64,000 nucleotides of DNA from an uncultured Bacteroides sp. (GCA_964544895.1 CAZJEA010000001.1:9475-73474); one strand, 5' to 3'. Shown: positions 31,228-40,781, numbered from the stretch's first letter. Numbers and translations: made by a program. Notes: generated by a model from the sequence alone, not told the origin.

Positions 31228-32547
31228 TTAGTATATGGTAGAAATTACGGAGTTAACAAAATAGTGAGTTAGTATTTGCTCATATTTGTATCCTTGAGTA
31301 GCCATTACGGCAGCGCCAATTTGACATAGGCCAACACCATGTCCCCACCCTGCTCCATACAAAATGAAGCCATAGTCAGAGCGATGTACGGTGAAAGCAG
31401 AGCTATAAAGATGTGTTTTAGAAAGAGTGCGGCGTATCTCCAACTCCTTGCCAATAACCATAGATTTTTTTGTACCTACGATTTTGAGACGGACTATGCG
31501 GCCGGAGGTGCCTCGTTCAAGAGGCAAAAGGTCTACAATCTCACCAAAGTCAATGCCGGAGCGTTCACGCACAAGAGCTGACAACTCGGCTTTAGAGTAT
31601 TTGACAGTCCAGCGATAGAAGTCGGTGGTCTCTTGGTCGTAATTGTTGAGCACCTGCGAGAGTATACCTTTATCGGTTGTATTGCAAAATGCATCGGGAC
31701 GCGACTCAATCCAATTAGCAGCCCTATTATTGAAGCGTAGATCTTCAAAATCAGCCGGATTTTTGCTATCGCGGAGAGCTAACAAATATTTATACTGCTT
31801 GGACTCCCAGCAATTTTCAAATTGCTCGAGGACACCGCCACAACATTTCGAGAACCGAGCATCGCAAAGCTCTCCGTTGTAGGTAAGCACTTGACCTTTA
31901 GTCTCGGCAACTGCTTTAGCCACATTTGGATTGGTTTGACGAGTGATGCCCTGATAGCGTTGGCAATGGTCGTCGGCACAAACGTCGAAATTGGTGTGGT
32001 CCTCACGGTCATACCAGCGAACGCGTTCTGTGTCTGTCTCAGTGAAAGAATTATATTGATTGGAGCTGTCGCTAGATATAGAATTGTGCTTATTAATTTG
32101 AGCCAACAGCCACGAGCGCGAAATCACAGCATGAGCTTTGAGTAGCTCTAGCGAAGCATTAGCACTCATTTCTGAAGAGATAACGCTACAAAGATAATCT
32201 TCGAGCGGAAGCTCGTTGATGATGGTAACATTATTATTTTCGACGATAAAATGTATTGAGCCTTGAAACTTTTGATTTTCCTTACGTTGCCAATGAAAGT
32301 TTACCCCTATGACAACGTCTTTAATTTCAAAAGTGCCTTTACCATCAACCGGGGTAAAAGAGAGTTTGTCGGAACACGGCTCGCCATTGAGAAGGAGAGA
32401 TCCATTTTCTGAGACAGAAACGGTTTGAGGACCCACAAGAGCAGTGGGCTCAGCGTTGGCAGAGCTAACGTGATAAGGATTTAAAAGAACAACATTAATA
32501 GTGGGGGCATTTAAAATTCCCACAGTAATAAGCGGTTGATCAGTCAT
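31228..32547 (-). CDS. SpoIID/LytB family lytic transglycosylase-like protein
   Basis: LEDYLCSVISSEM, LKAHAVISRS, FDVCADDHCQRYQG, GWGHGVGLCQIGA. Confidence 0.9.
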   Translation of the reverse strand: MTDQPLITVGILNAPTINVVLLNPYHVSSANAEPTALVGPQTVSVSENGSLLLNGEPCSDKLSFTPVDGKGTFEIKDVVIGVNFHWQRKENQKFQGSIHFIVENNNVTIINELPLEDYLCSVISSEMSANASLELLKAHAVISRSWLLAQINKHNSISSDSSNQYNSFTETDTERVRWYDREDHTNFDVCADDHCQRYQGITRQTNPNVAKAVAETKGQVLTYNGELCDARFSKCCGGVLEQFENCWESKQYKYLLALRDSKNPADFEDLRFNNRAANWIESRPDAFCNTTDKGILSQVLNNYDQETTDFYRWTVKYSKAELSALVRERSGIDFGEIVDLLPLERGTSGRIVRLKIVGTKKSMVIGKELEIRRTLSKTHLYSSAFTVHRSDYGFILYGAGWGHGVGLCQIGAAVMATQGYKYEQILTHYFVNSVISTIY

Positions 32548-32552
32548 GATTG

Positions 32553-33479
32553 TTATGATTTTACTTGTTCTATAATTTCATTTATTGAAGTAGAAGAGAA
32601 ACAAAGCTCGTCGTAGACACGGCGAACTACATCAACATCAAGATTGTCAAAATCTTTTTCGAGAGGAGTGATAAACACGCCGCCCATATCAACCGAAGCC
32701 GGAGACAAAAGCATTGTACCGTTGCCTTCGGTGCCATAGAATGACGGACGGTGTCGCTTGCGAGGCACTACCAACAAATAAGTTGAAGCCGGAGTGTCAA
32801 AGCAAAGCAAATTCATCATCGGTTCTTTTTCACCGTCAGGAATAGGCAAAGCAGCGTATAGTCGGTCGAATAACCGCTGCACACCCTTAGGCGATTTTGA
32901 CTTGATTACAAATACATTTAGAGGAAGTCCTTCAGCCAACGACAAAGTAGCATCATCGTCAGATGATATAAGTTGCAAATGTTTGTCTAATACAGCCTGC
33001 GGCAAGGTGAGGAAATCGGTATTTCCTGCTTGAAAATGCATGTGGTCAGGGGCAGATGCGCCACACTTCGGACCGTTATAGAATACCGTGTAGTCGGGCA
33101 ATTCTTGCGCCAGTTGCACCATATCGGCAATGCGGCCACTAATAAGTTGGTCGGTATGCTCATTGTCGGGAATTGTAAGGTGGCGGGGAAAGATTGGAAA
33201 TGGATTAATTAATACTGAGTATCTACCCCAAACAATTTTGTGCTGCTGCGGCGGACGATTGTTTTCACAGAGAAAGCATTTGCGTTCACGCAGACTCTTT
33301 GCATCAACTTTAGCAGCCGAAGAAACTATACGCGCAGGGTTAAACTGCACTTTAATGTGCAGCCCATCAACATCAAAGCTCTTCACCTTGACATTTTTGA
33401 GGGCTGCGAAATTGTCAGCAGCAGTTTGCCAATCGGCAAGCTGCTGTTCAATAAATGTATTTATGAGTTCTGACAGCAT
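32553..33479 (-). CDS. DUF4922 protein (HIT/GalT-like nucleotidyltransferase or phosphorylase fold)
   Basis: QFNPARI, CFLC, NPFPIF, YNGPKCGASAPDHMHFQAG (HxHxQ motif). Confidence 0.8.
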   Translation of the reverse strand: MLSELINTFIEQQLADWQTAADNFAALKNVKVKSFDVDGLHIKVQFNPARIVSSAAKVDAKSLRERKCFLCENNRPPQQHKIVWGRYSVLINPFPIFPRHLTIPDNEHTDQLISGRIADMVQLAQELPDYTVFYNGPKCGASAPDHMHFQAGNTDFLTLPQAVLDKHLQLISSDDDATLSLAEGLPLNVFVIKSKSPKGVQRLFDRLYAALPIPDGEKEPMMNLLCFDTPASTYLLVVPRKRHRPSFYGTEGNGTMLLSPASVDMGGVFITPLEKDFDNLDVDVVRRVYDELCFSSTSINEIIEQVKS

Positions 33480-34942
33480 TATTTTTTATTTAAAGCTATG
33501 CGAGCTTGTAGCTCCCAAGTGCGGATGCGATCTTTGTATAAGTTATTGTTGTTCATCTTAACCACATCAAGCGAAGCGTCAGAGTTATCTTCCCAGCGAC
33601 GGCAAAGGTATAGCACATCGTAAATGCGGCCAATTTGGTGATGGCGCGAGAAAGCTAAACCAAGAGCATAATCCTCGCCATAGCTGGTATTTGGCACGTG
33701 AATTTCGCGCAACATCGGAGTGTAGAAAGCACGTGGAGCGCCAAGACCATTTATGCGCAAAGCATTATTGCGGCCATTTTCGGGTGTCCACTCTTTGTGG
33801 TCGATTACGCCCGGTGGAATCGGATTTTTATCAATGTCTGTGAGCTGATATGTACCCACAACCATAGCGCAACGTTGCTCATAGAAAGCGTTAACAATTT
33901 TGCCAAGCGTATTTTCGTCAGAGTAAACATCGTCGCTATCAAGTTGCACGGCAAATTTACCACACTCAGGGTGCTGCACGCCAACGTTCCAACATCCGCC
34001 GATGCCAAGATCTGTGCGCTCGGGCACAATGTGTATGACACGCGGATCGCCAAGAAATTCGTCAATAGCCTGGCTAGTGCCGTCGGTAGAGTGATTATCA
34101 ATAACGATAAGGTTAAATTTAAAATTAGTTTGCTGGCTGAGCACAGAGTTTATAGCATCGCGAATGGTGCGAATGCGGTTGCGAACTGGGATAATAACCG
34201 AAGCTTCATATTTAAAGTCTGTATCGGCAAAATTAATTTCGTCGAATTTAGGTTCGAGATAGCCGCCAATAGCCTTGAGATGAGCTGTGCAAGCCTGCTC
34301 CATTTCAATTTGTACACCGCGATTTTTAGGATCTACATAATCAAAGATTTTTTCACCCGATTTTCGTGTGTCGACAGTAACATCGCTATATAAATATTCA
34401 TTTATGTGCACTAACGAGGCAATGCGGCTCAAGCGCAGGCGCAAGTCGTAGAGACCTGCTGCTGTGTATTGCACATCAATGCCGGCAGCAGCTTCCTTAA
34501 ATTTTGCTGCATTGAAAAAGAGCACAGAGCCAAAGTTAAAATCATCGCGTAGTGAGCCAAATTGATAGTCAATGACCGGTGCATTTGTTTGTTTGTCAGC
34601 AACAACAGTGTAACTGTCGGCATAAAGCATACCGGCATCCGAATCTTGAGCCAAGCGCACAAAACGGTCGAGTGCAAAATAGCCAAGCACGAGATTATTG
34701 TACTTCGTATAGAGCAAAATATAGTCAGCGCTCGACAATTCAGCTATTTTTTTTACTGTTGCCGACGAGCTTAGAGCATCAATGCTAACAACAGTGCAAC
34801 CTTCAACAGGTGCGGCATCAGCCTCTGCAGCAAGGAGATATATGTTAGCAACAAGTGCGCTTTCGCGCAAACCGTCAACAGTTGTTTTTACTTGTTTTGG
34901 AGAAATGTAAGGGATAAAACAATCTATCTTTTTCATATTCAC
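33479..34942 (-). CDS. Two-domain glycosyltransferase family 2 protein
   Basis: C-terminal GT2 with SVIIPVRNR, DNHSTDGT, QLDSDD, GEDY. Degenerate N-terminal GT-A-like half. Confidence 0.88.
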   Translation of the reverse strand: MNMKKIDCFIPYISPKQVKTTVDGLRESALVANIYLLAAEADAAPVEGCTVVSIDALSSSATVKKIAELSSADYILLYTKYNNLVLGYFALDRFVRLAQDSDAGMLYADSYTVVADKQTNAPVIDYQFGSLRDDFNFGSVLFFNAAKFKEAAAGIDVQYTAAGLYDLRLRLSRIASLVHINEYLYSDVTVDTRKSGEKIFDYVDPKNRGVQIEMEQACTAHLKAIGGYLEPKFDEINFADTDFKYEASVIIPVRNRIRTIRDAINSVLSQQTNFKFNLIVIDNHSTDGTSQAIDEFLGDPRVIHIVPERTDLGIGGCWNVGVQHPECGKFAVQLDSDDVYSDENTLGKIVNAFYEQRCAMVVGTYQLTDIDKNPIPPGVIDHKEWTPENGRNNALRINGLGAPRAFYTPMLREIHVPNTSYGEDYALGLAFSRHHQIGRIYDVLYLCRRWEDNSDASLDVVKMNNNNLYKDRIRTWELQARIALNKK

Positions 34943-34947
34943 AGTAG

Positions 34948-37644
34948 TTATTTCTTAAAGAAGTTGAGCACTTGGTGCATAAGAGAATTTCGCTCGCTGT
35001 CATTTTTTATAGTTTCAAAGGGGAAACCAATGACCACAGTGCGATATGTTGTGTTGTCGAAAGCTGTTCCGGCAACAAGATTATTTTCTGTATATCGTAG
35101 GAAGGTACAACCACGGCTATCGTCTGCAGGATAGAACGAATCGGGAGACTCAACAACATAGCAATCTTCGTTAAGCTCGTTTGAGAACGTATAGCTACCC
35201 TTTTTGAGATCCTTGAAGCGCGACACAACCTGATAGGCTTCACCCGTAGTTGATGCTTGTCCAGTGCGCCACTTATAGCCCAACACATCTGATGCAAACT
35301 TCTTATCGGCTGCCGAAACAGTTGAGCTGGAGAATTCATTATCCCAAATATCTGAAGCCACATAAGCACCACTCACAAAAACATCGCCACCATTTTGAGT
35401 GTGCGCCTTTATTTTGTTTTGCAATGCTTCGGGGAAAGCTTTATAGCGAGTGCCATAAACACCGCGTCCTTGCTTAATTTCTTTTTGTTTGCCCAAAATT
35501 AAGTCAAGCACTTGAGGTTCGCCTTCGGTGGGAGCAGTCACATAAGCATCCAAGCTGCTTGATATGAATCCGTATCCGGCATCAGCAATAGCCTTTCCGT
35601 GAGTGTAAACAAAATCAAAAGTATTTCCGGCAATAACTTTATCCTCATAGTTAGCACGCGAAGCTCCAAATCCGGCAGCATCGTCGTCCATCCATGGGAT
35701 ATTACGTCTGTATTCGGTCATAGTGCCAATGTAAGATATATCTTTCATGTATGGCACACCATGGTCGCGCGTATCGTAGAATCCGGCGATATTACCTGCC
35801 TCAAACCAGTCGGGAGCAGAGACGCGTGTAAAGCCATTCACTATTTTCACCGTGGGAGCATCATTTTTGTGACAAAGGGCGAGCACCTCAGTGGGGAAAG
35901 AAACGCCACCGGCATTTCCGGCAATAATGCGGTATGAGTGAATATTATCATCGTTGACTGTCACAGTGATATATGGCACATCAACCTTAGAAAGTTGTTT
36001 GAAAGCACCGTTGCCAACACGTTCTTCTACAATGTAATATGTCGGCACAGCTGTCGACTCAAGCGAATCTGTGGTTGCCGACCACGACAAATTGTATGTA
36101 TTGCCATAAGGGTTTGTAATAGCAAAAGCATGAGGAGCAAGAGGAGTAACCACATAGTCTTTGCCATCGCGACGAGCAAGAAATTTAAGCATACCCTTAT
36201 AGATGGCACGCGAAACCGTGAATCTGAAATTAGGATCTAGTCCATACTTCATGTCGGCAAAGTTTTGGTGGCTCAACAATTCGAGGAGCATAGCCGGCAC
36301 TTCAGGCACACGAGCCTCGTAATACGACTTATCCCACATATCTCGGCGTGTCCACTGTGGTTCAAACTGTTTGCGAACATCGTTAACAATATTCGTCATA
36401 ACCAAGTCGGTCAATTCGCGAGCTACAAATCTTGATGTGCCGTTAGCATACTTGCCGTTATTGGTAGTCTTTGTGCAATAAATGCCCAAAGTGCCAATGA
36501 TAGAGTCGTTTTGAGTTGTTCCGGCATCGCTGTGAAATGCTAATGAGAGATCAACAGGCACCTTCAAGCCATCGCGTTTCGGCAAAACCGATGAACCGCC
36601 GGCCATCCAATTAACCCATTCGCCGCGCGATTTGTAGTCGTCGGTATAGTCATTAACATTATTACTTGTTGTATAGACACTGTCAGGAGCTCCGGCCCAT
36701 TGCAACCAATAGCGAGCGCCCTCGGTGAAACGTGGATAACCGCTCTTAACGTAGTCATATTCGGCATCGTCAGTAGGCTCTTTAACTATACGAGCCACAT
36801 TGCCCATGCCACCACCAATTTTCACCGCGTCGGCAGTAATCACACTATTTTTATCTGAAGTAAGGTTAGTTAACTCAACAACAGGCAATTGCTGTTTACC
36901 TTTGGCAAACGGAAACTTACCAAGATACACCCATGTGCCACCGCCCATTTGTTGGTTTACCTTAAACTCACGAGCCCCGGCCAGCGAGTTAACGGTATAT
37001 AAAGCTTCGGTAGTGCTATTTTTTACAGAAGCATAAGAGATGTACACTGCATATTCACCTGCTTTAGGGAACTCTACCGACCACGTAACTTTGTGTGCTT
37101 TGCGAGCATCTGTGGTAGCCTTAATTTGACGCGCCGTACCCTCGCGAAACGGATTTTGAGTGTCACGCAAATCATCGGTTTTATAAGCGAAGCCGGGCGT
37201 AACTTTTTTCCAATGTTTATCATCTTCGTGATATGTGCCAACTGCATTACCGCCATCGTTGTCAACAATCAGTTCAACAGTGTTCGTGTCGCGTTCACGC
37301 GGACATAACACATAAGCACCGGCATTTTCAAGCATCGGCATCAAGAAAGGCAACACATAGCTTTGAGTGTACAAATCTTCAACTGTCTGAAAAATTCGAG
37401 CGCGTTGCCACTCCCAACGGTTGAGTTTCGGTTCGAAATACAAACCGTGACTTTGCCACAAAGCAATATTTTTTCCTTCCAAGCCATTGGGTGCCGGCTT
37501 TGCCCCAAGATCAGTGACAAAACGAGTCGTCTCTGTTGGAGCGACATAGGTTAATTTTGTTGTATTTTGAGCAAAAACGCCATTGCAACCACTAACGGCA
37601 AATGACGCTGCTAATATGATGTTTAATAGTTTTTTTGAAGACAT
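34948..37644 (-). CDS. Exported multidomain protein: probable N-acetylmuramoyl-L-alanine amidase (Amidase_3-like) with inserted beta-sandwich and FN3 domains (often labelled 'xanthan lyase')
   Basis: IALWQSHG, TVEDL, SLAFHSDA, MLLELLSHQN fit the Amidase_3 His/Glu/His/Glu pattern. Insert ends ADAVKIGGG. FN3 segment YNLSW...YRIIAGN. Confidence 0.7.
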   Translation of the reverse strand: MSSKKLLNIILAASFAVSGCNGVFAQNTTKLTYVAPTETTRFVTDLGAKPAPNGLEGKNIALWQSHGLYFEPKLNRWEWQRARIFQTVEDLYTQSYVLPFLMPMLENAGAYVLCPRERDTNTVELIVDNDGGNAVGTYHEDDKHWKKVTPGFAYKTDDLRDTQNPFREGTARQIKATTDARKAHKVTWSVEFPKAGEYAVYISYASVKNSTTEALYTVNSLAGAREFKVNQQMGGGTWVYLGKFPFAKGKQQLPVVELTNLTSDKNSVITADAVKIGGGMGNVARIVKEPTDDAEYDYVKSGYPRFTEGARYWLQWAGAPDSVYTTSNNVNDYTDDYKSRGEWVNWMAGGSSVLPKRDGLKVPVDLSLAFHSDAGTTQNDSIIGTLGIYCTKTTNNGKYANGTSRFVARELTDLVMTNIVNDVRKQFEPQWTRRDMWDKSYYEARVPEVPAMLLELLSHQNFADMKYGLDPNFRFTVSRAIYKGMLKFLARRDGKDYVVTPLAPHAFAITNPYGNTYNLSWSATTDSLESTAVPTYYIVEERVGNGAFKQLSKVDVPYITVTVNDDNIHSYRIIAGNAGGVSFPTEVLALCHKNDAPTVKIVNGFTRVSAPDWFEAGNIAGFYDTRDHGVPYMKDISYIGTMTEYRRNIPWMDDDAAGFGASRANYEDKVIAGNTFDFVYTHGKAIADAGYGFISSSLDAYVTAPTEGEPQVLDLILGKQKEIKQGRGVYGTRYKAFPEALQNKIKAHTQNGGDVFVSGAYVASDIWDNEFSSSTVSAADKKFASDVLGYKWRTGQASTTGEAYQVVSRFKDLKKGSYTFSNELNEDCYVVESPDSFYPADDSRGCTFLRYTENNLVAGTAFDNTTYRTVVIGFPFETIKNDSERNSLMHQVLNFFKK

Positions 37645-37667
37645 TTTTTATTGATTTTCACATTATA

Positions 37668-37675
37668 CAAAAGTA
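37668..37675 (-). promoter_or_regulatory. -7 promoter box for the peptidoglycan salvage operon
   Basis: TACTTTTG on the minus strand, about 24 nt upstream of the ATG at 37644. Confidence 0.6.
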
Positions 37676-37809
37676 CTGAATCATTAATTAAATAACAACT
37701 AACACAACTTAAAATAAACCTTATTTAAGCATTAGCTACACTTTTTAATAATCACTACATATTTTTCATGTGTCCCTCGTCATAATCATAGCAAATTATT
37801 AATTTGAAT

Positions 37810-37841
37810 TGCCGTGTAGCGGCTAGCGCACCGCCTCAGCC
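37810..37841 (+). repeat. Truncated copy of the REP-like element
   Basis: tgccgtgtagcggctagcgcaccgc matches the left end of the copies at 1125-1242 and 42478-42617, followed by the ctcagcc seen in the 56-bp units. Confidence 0.7.
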
Positions 37842-37906
37842 TATGCCGCGCACATCCGCATTATGAGATGTTTGGTTAAAAAGTTGGATGATAAAACTTT
37901 TTACAT

Positions 37907-37914
37907 TATCTTTG
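37907..37914 (+). promoter_or_regulatory. -7 promoter box for the second kinase and ssb
   Basis: TATCTTTG, about 36 nt upstream of ATG 37950. Confidence 0.6.
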
Positions 37915-37949
37915 CTCACAACATTCAAGGACACAAAAAACAGCAGTAT

Positions 37950-38786
37950 ATGAAAATCATAGCCGAAAGCTCAAGCACGCGCACCGAATGGGCCTTATGC
38001 GACGGAGCAACAATAGTAGAGCACGCGTTTACGTCGGGGTTAAATCCGTTTTTCCAAACCCGACGCGAAATTTCTCACGCCATACGTTTGGAGCTGCCCG
38101 ACGTATTTTTTAAACGCCGCTGGGACCACATATATTTCTATTGCGCCGGATGTGCCAACATTGAACGCAACAAAATAATGGAGTCGTCAGTAGTGGCACA
38201 GTTTAAAACTCCGTGCACAATTGAGAGCGACATCGTTGGTGCCGCTCGAGGACTTTTGGTGCACAAACCCGGATTGGCTTGCATATTGGGCACAGGATCA
38301 AACTCATGCTACTACGACGGCAACGAAGTAGTAAAAAATGTGCGTCCTCTTGGTTTCATACTCGGTGACGAAGGCTCTAATGCCAATATGGGAAAGATTT
38401 TTGTATCTGATGTGCTTAAAGGTTTGGCTCCAAAAGACATCGTAAAAATATTTTACGAAAAATATCAGATTAGTGAGAACGTGCTTATCGACGAAGTGTA
38501 TAGCTCACAGATACCCTCTCGCGAGCTCTCAAAATATGCATTTTTCTTGCACGAACACATAGACAATGCATACGTGTACAACCTCGTGTACAAATCGCTA
38601 ATGTCGTTTTTCGAACGCAATATCATATCTTATCATTTCAAAGACAGCCCCATTAGCTTTGTGGGCTCTACTTGTGTGATGTTTGAAGATATTTTACGCA
38701 AAGTAGCTGACGATTTTGGCGCCAAAATTGGCAAAATAGAACGATATTCTATGCCCGGACTTGTTGAATATCACGCTAACGATTAA
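37950..38786 (+). CDS. Second BadF-type sugar kinase paralogue
   Basis: Colinear with 23222-24058 (GLNPFF, FYCAGC, ACILGTGSNSC, LGFILGDEGS). Start moved to MKIIAES, downstream of the promoter box. Confidence 0.85.
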   Translation: MKIIAESSSTRTEWALCDGATIVEHAFTSGLNPFFQTRREISHAIRLELPDVFFKRRWDHIYFYCAGCANIERNKIMESSVVAQFKTPCTIESDIVGAARGLLVHKPGLACILGTGSNSCYYDGNEVVKNVRPLGFILGDEGSNANMGKIFVSDVLKGLAPKDIVKIFYEKYQISENVLIDEVYSSQIPSRELSKYAFFLHEHIDNAYVYNLVYKSLMSFFERNIISYHFKDSPISFVGSTCVMFEDILRKVADDFGAKIGKIERYSMPGLVEYHAND

Positions 38787-38796
38787 AAAAACAAAG

Positions 38797-39117
38797 ATGA
38801 ATAAAGTAATTTTGATGGGGTATGTAGGTAAAGACCCCGAAATAAGATATGCCGAAACTCGCCCCGTAGCTTCATTCACCCTTGCAACAACAGAGCGCGC
38901 TCGCCGCACTGCCTCGGGTGCCGAAATTCCGGAGCGCACAGAGTGGCACAACATCGTAATGTGGGATGCCGCTGCCGAGATTGCCGAAAAATACATTCGC
39001 AAAGGCTCACGGCTGCTCGTTGAGGGAAAGTTGCGCACTCGCTATTGGGAAGACCGCAACGCCATAAAACGCACAATCACCGAAGTGTACGTCGACAATT
39101 TCGACATACTCAAATAG
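38797..39117 (+). CDS. ssb: Single-stranded DNA-binding protein (OB fold only)
   Basis: MNKVILMGYVGKDPE, FTLATTE, TEWHNIV, KGSRLLVEGKLRTR. Confidence 0.9.
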   Translation: MNKVILMGYVGKDPEIRYAETRPVASFTLATTERARRTASGAEIPERTEWHNIVMWDAAAEIAEKYIRKGSRLLVEGKLRTRYWEDRNAIKRTITEVYVDNFDILK

Positions 39118-39124
39118 CAGTCAG

Positions 39125-40501
39125 TTAAATAACACCCAACGAAGCTAACAGCACTATCGCTACACCTGCCGGAGCAACCCAGCGCAACAAAAATCGCACT
39201 AGAGCCACCGGAGCACGCAGTGTGCCATTGTTTGTTAGCTGCGACCTGAATATTTTCTTGTCTAACTTATGGCCTACATATATAGCACCAAACATGCCTC
39301 CAACCGGCAGCAACACGTTTGAAGAGCAGTCATTAAAGAAATCGAAGAAATTAAAGTTGTAGCCAAAAATCTCAAAGTTGCTCACTCCGCTAAACGATAG
39401 CGTGCACAACACACCAAACACTAGTGCTATTGACGTGGATATGTTGCAAGCTTTTTTTCGCGACATCTTGCGCTCGTCGCAAAAATAAGCAATTGATATT
39501 TCGCTCATAGAGATTGTTGATGTCAGCGATGCGACAAACAACATGAAGAAGAACAACACCGCCCAAACTATGCCTCCTGCCATGTGCTGGAATATCGACG
39601 GGAATACGACAAAGACCAAAGTCGGTCCCTGAGCCGGTGCCACCCCGTATGTAAATACTGCCGGAAATATAAGCACTCCGGCTAGCACGGCAACAACAGT
39701 GTCGAGTGTGGCCGTTGTCATTGCGCTACGAAACAAATTGGTTTTATCGCTGAAATACGACGCGTATGTAAGCATACATCCCAAACCTATACTTAGCGAG
39801 AAAAAGGCTTGTCCCAAAGCACTAAGTACTACCGATGTGGTGATCTTCGAGAAATCGGGCTTAAACAAAAACTCCAAACCTTGTTTTGCTCCCGGCATAA
39901 ACAGCGAATTCACGCAGAACACGGCTAGTATGAGAAACAACAGCGGCATCAACACATTCGACATACGTTCTATGCCTTTTTGCACGCCCCCGCGCACTAT
40001 AGCATGATTTATTAGCAAAAAGCCAATAGTGAAAATCAGAGGTCGGTAGCTATGCGACGAAAATTCGTCAAAGTGTGCACCATATCCGCCTTCTCCGGCA
40101 CCCAAGTCAAATAGATTGCCTGTTATCGCTTGCCAAAGATATTCGAGAGTCCACCCGGCAACCACCGAGTAAAAACTAAGTATCATCAGCGACGCCACAA
40201 TGCCAAGCACGCCCAACGACTGCCACCCTTTGCCTGCCTTCATACTTCTGTAACAGCCAAAAATATTGAAACGTGTATGGCGACCGAGTATAAACTCCGA
40301 GCATATCACTGGCACGCCAATAAGAAGAATAAAGCCCACATAGCACAAAATGAAAGCAAAACCTCCATTTGTGCCTGCCTCGTAAGGAAAGCGCCATATA
40401 TTGCCAAGGCCCACCGACGAGCCTACTGTTGTAGCAATTACGCCCAGTCGCGTGGCGAAGAGTGCGCGCTGGTTCGATTGGGTTGGTTTGGTATTATTCA
40501 T
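39125..40501 (-). CDS. Sodium-dependent transporter (NSS/SNF family)
   Basis: GSSVGLGNIWRFPY, GQAFFSLS, GPTLVF. Confidence 0.92.
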   Translation of the reverse strand: MNNTKPTQSNQRALFATRLGVIATTVGSSVGLGNIWRFPYEAGTNGGFAFILCYVGFILLIGVPVICSEFILGRHTRFNIFGCYRSMKAGKGWQSLGVLGIVASLMILSFYSVVAGWTLEYLWQAITGNLFDLGAGEGGYGAHFDEFSSHSYRPLIFTIGFLLINHAIVRGGVQKGIERMSNVLMPLLFLILAVFCVNSLFMPGAKQGLEFLFKPDFSKITTSVVLSALGQAFFSLSIGLGCMLTYASYFSDKTNLFRSAMTTATLDTVVAVLAGVLIFPAVFTYGVAPAQGPTLVFVVFPSIFQHMAGGIVWAVLFFFMLFVASLTSTISMSEISIAYFCDERKMSRKKACNISTSIALVFGVLCTLSFSGVSNFEIFGYNFNFFDFFNDCSSNVLLPVGGMFGAIYVGHKLDKKIFRSQLTNNGTLRAPVALVRFLLRWVAPAGVAIVLLASLGVI

Positions 40502-40781
40502 TTTCGGGAGAAGTGAAATAATCGCGTGGCTTAGGCTGTGACTCCGGCTTCGCTTCTCGCTTTTTACGCGATTTGCGCGCCGACTTTTTTGCCGTTTTTT
40601 TTGTGGCTACCGAGTCTTTAACCGCTCGACGCTGTGTCTGCGCAACAGCAGTCTTTTCGATTACCACCGGCGTCTCATTGCGTCGCTGCAAAGCTATCGC
40701 AGCAATGGCTATAGCCACCACTCCGGCAACAACAATCATAGCTATTCGCTCGCGCGACGTAAATGAGCCTTTACCACTCAT
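40494..40781 (-). CDS. Small single-pass membrane protein with a Lys/Arg-rich tail
   Basis: 95 aa, one hydrophobic segment. Fills the gap between two NSS genes on the same strand and overlaps the next start. Confidence 0.7.
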   Translation of the reverse strand: MSGKGSFTSRERIAMIVVAGVVAIAIAAIALQRRNETPVVIEKTAVAQTQRRAVKDSVATKKTAKKSARKSRKKREAKPESQPKPRDYFTSPENE

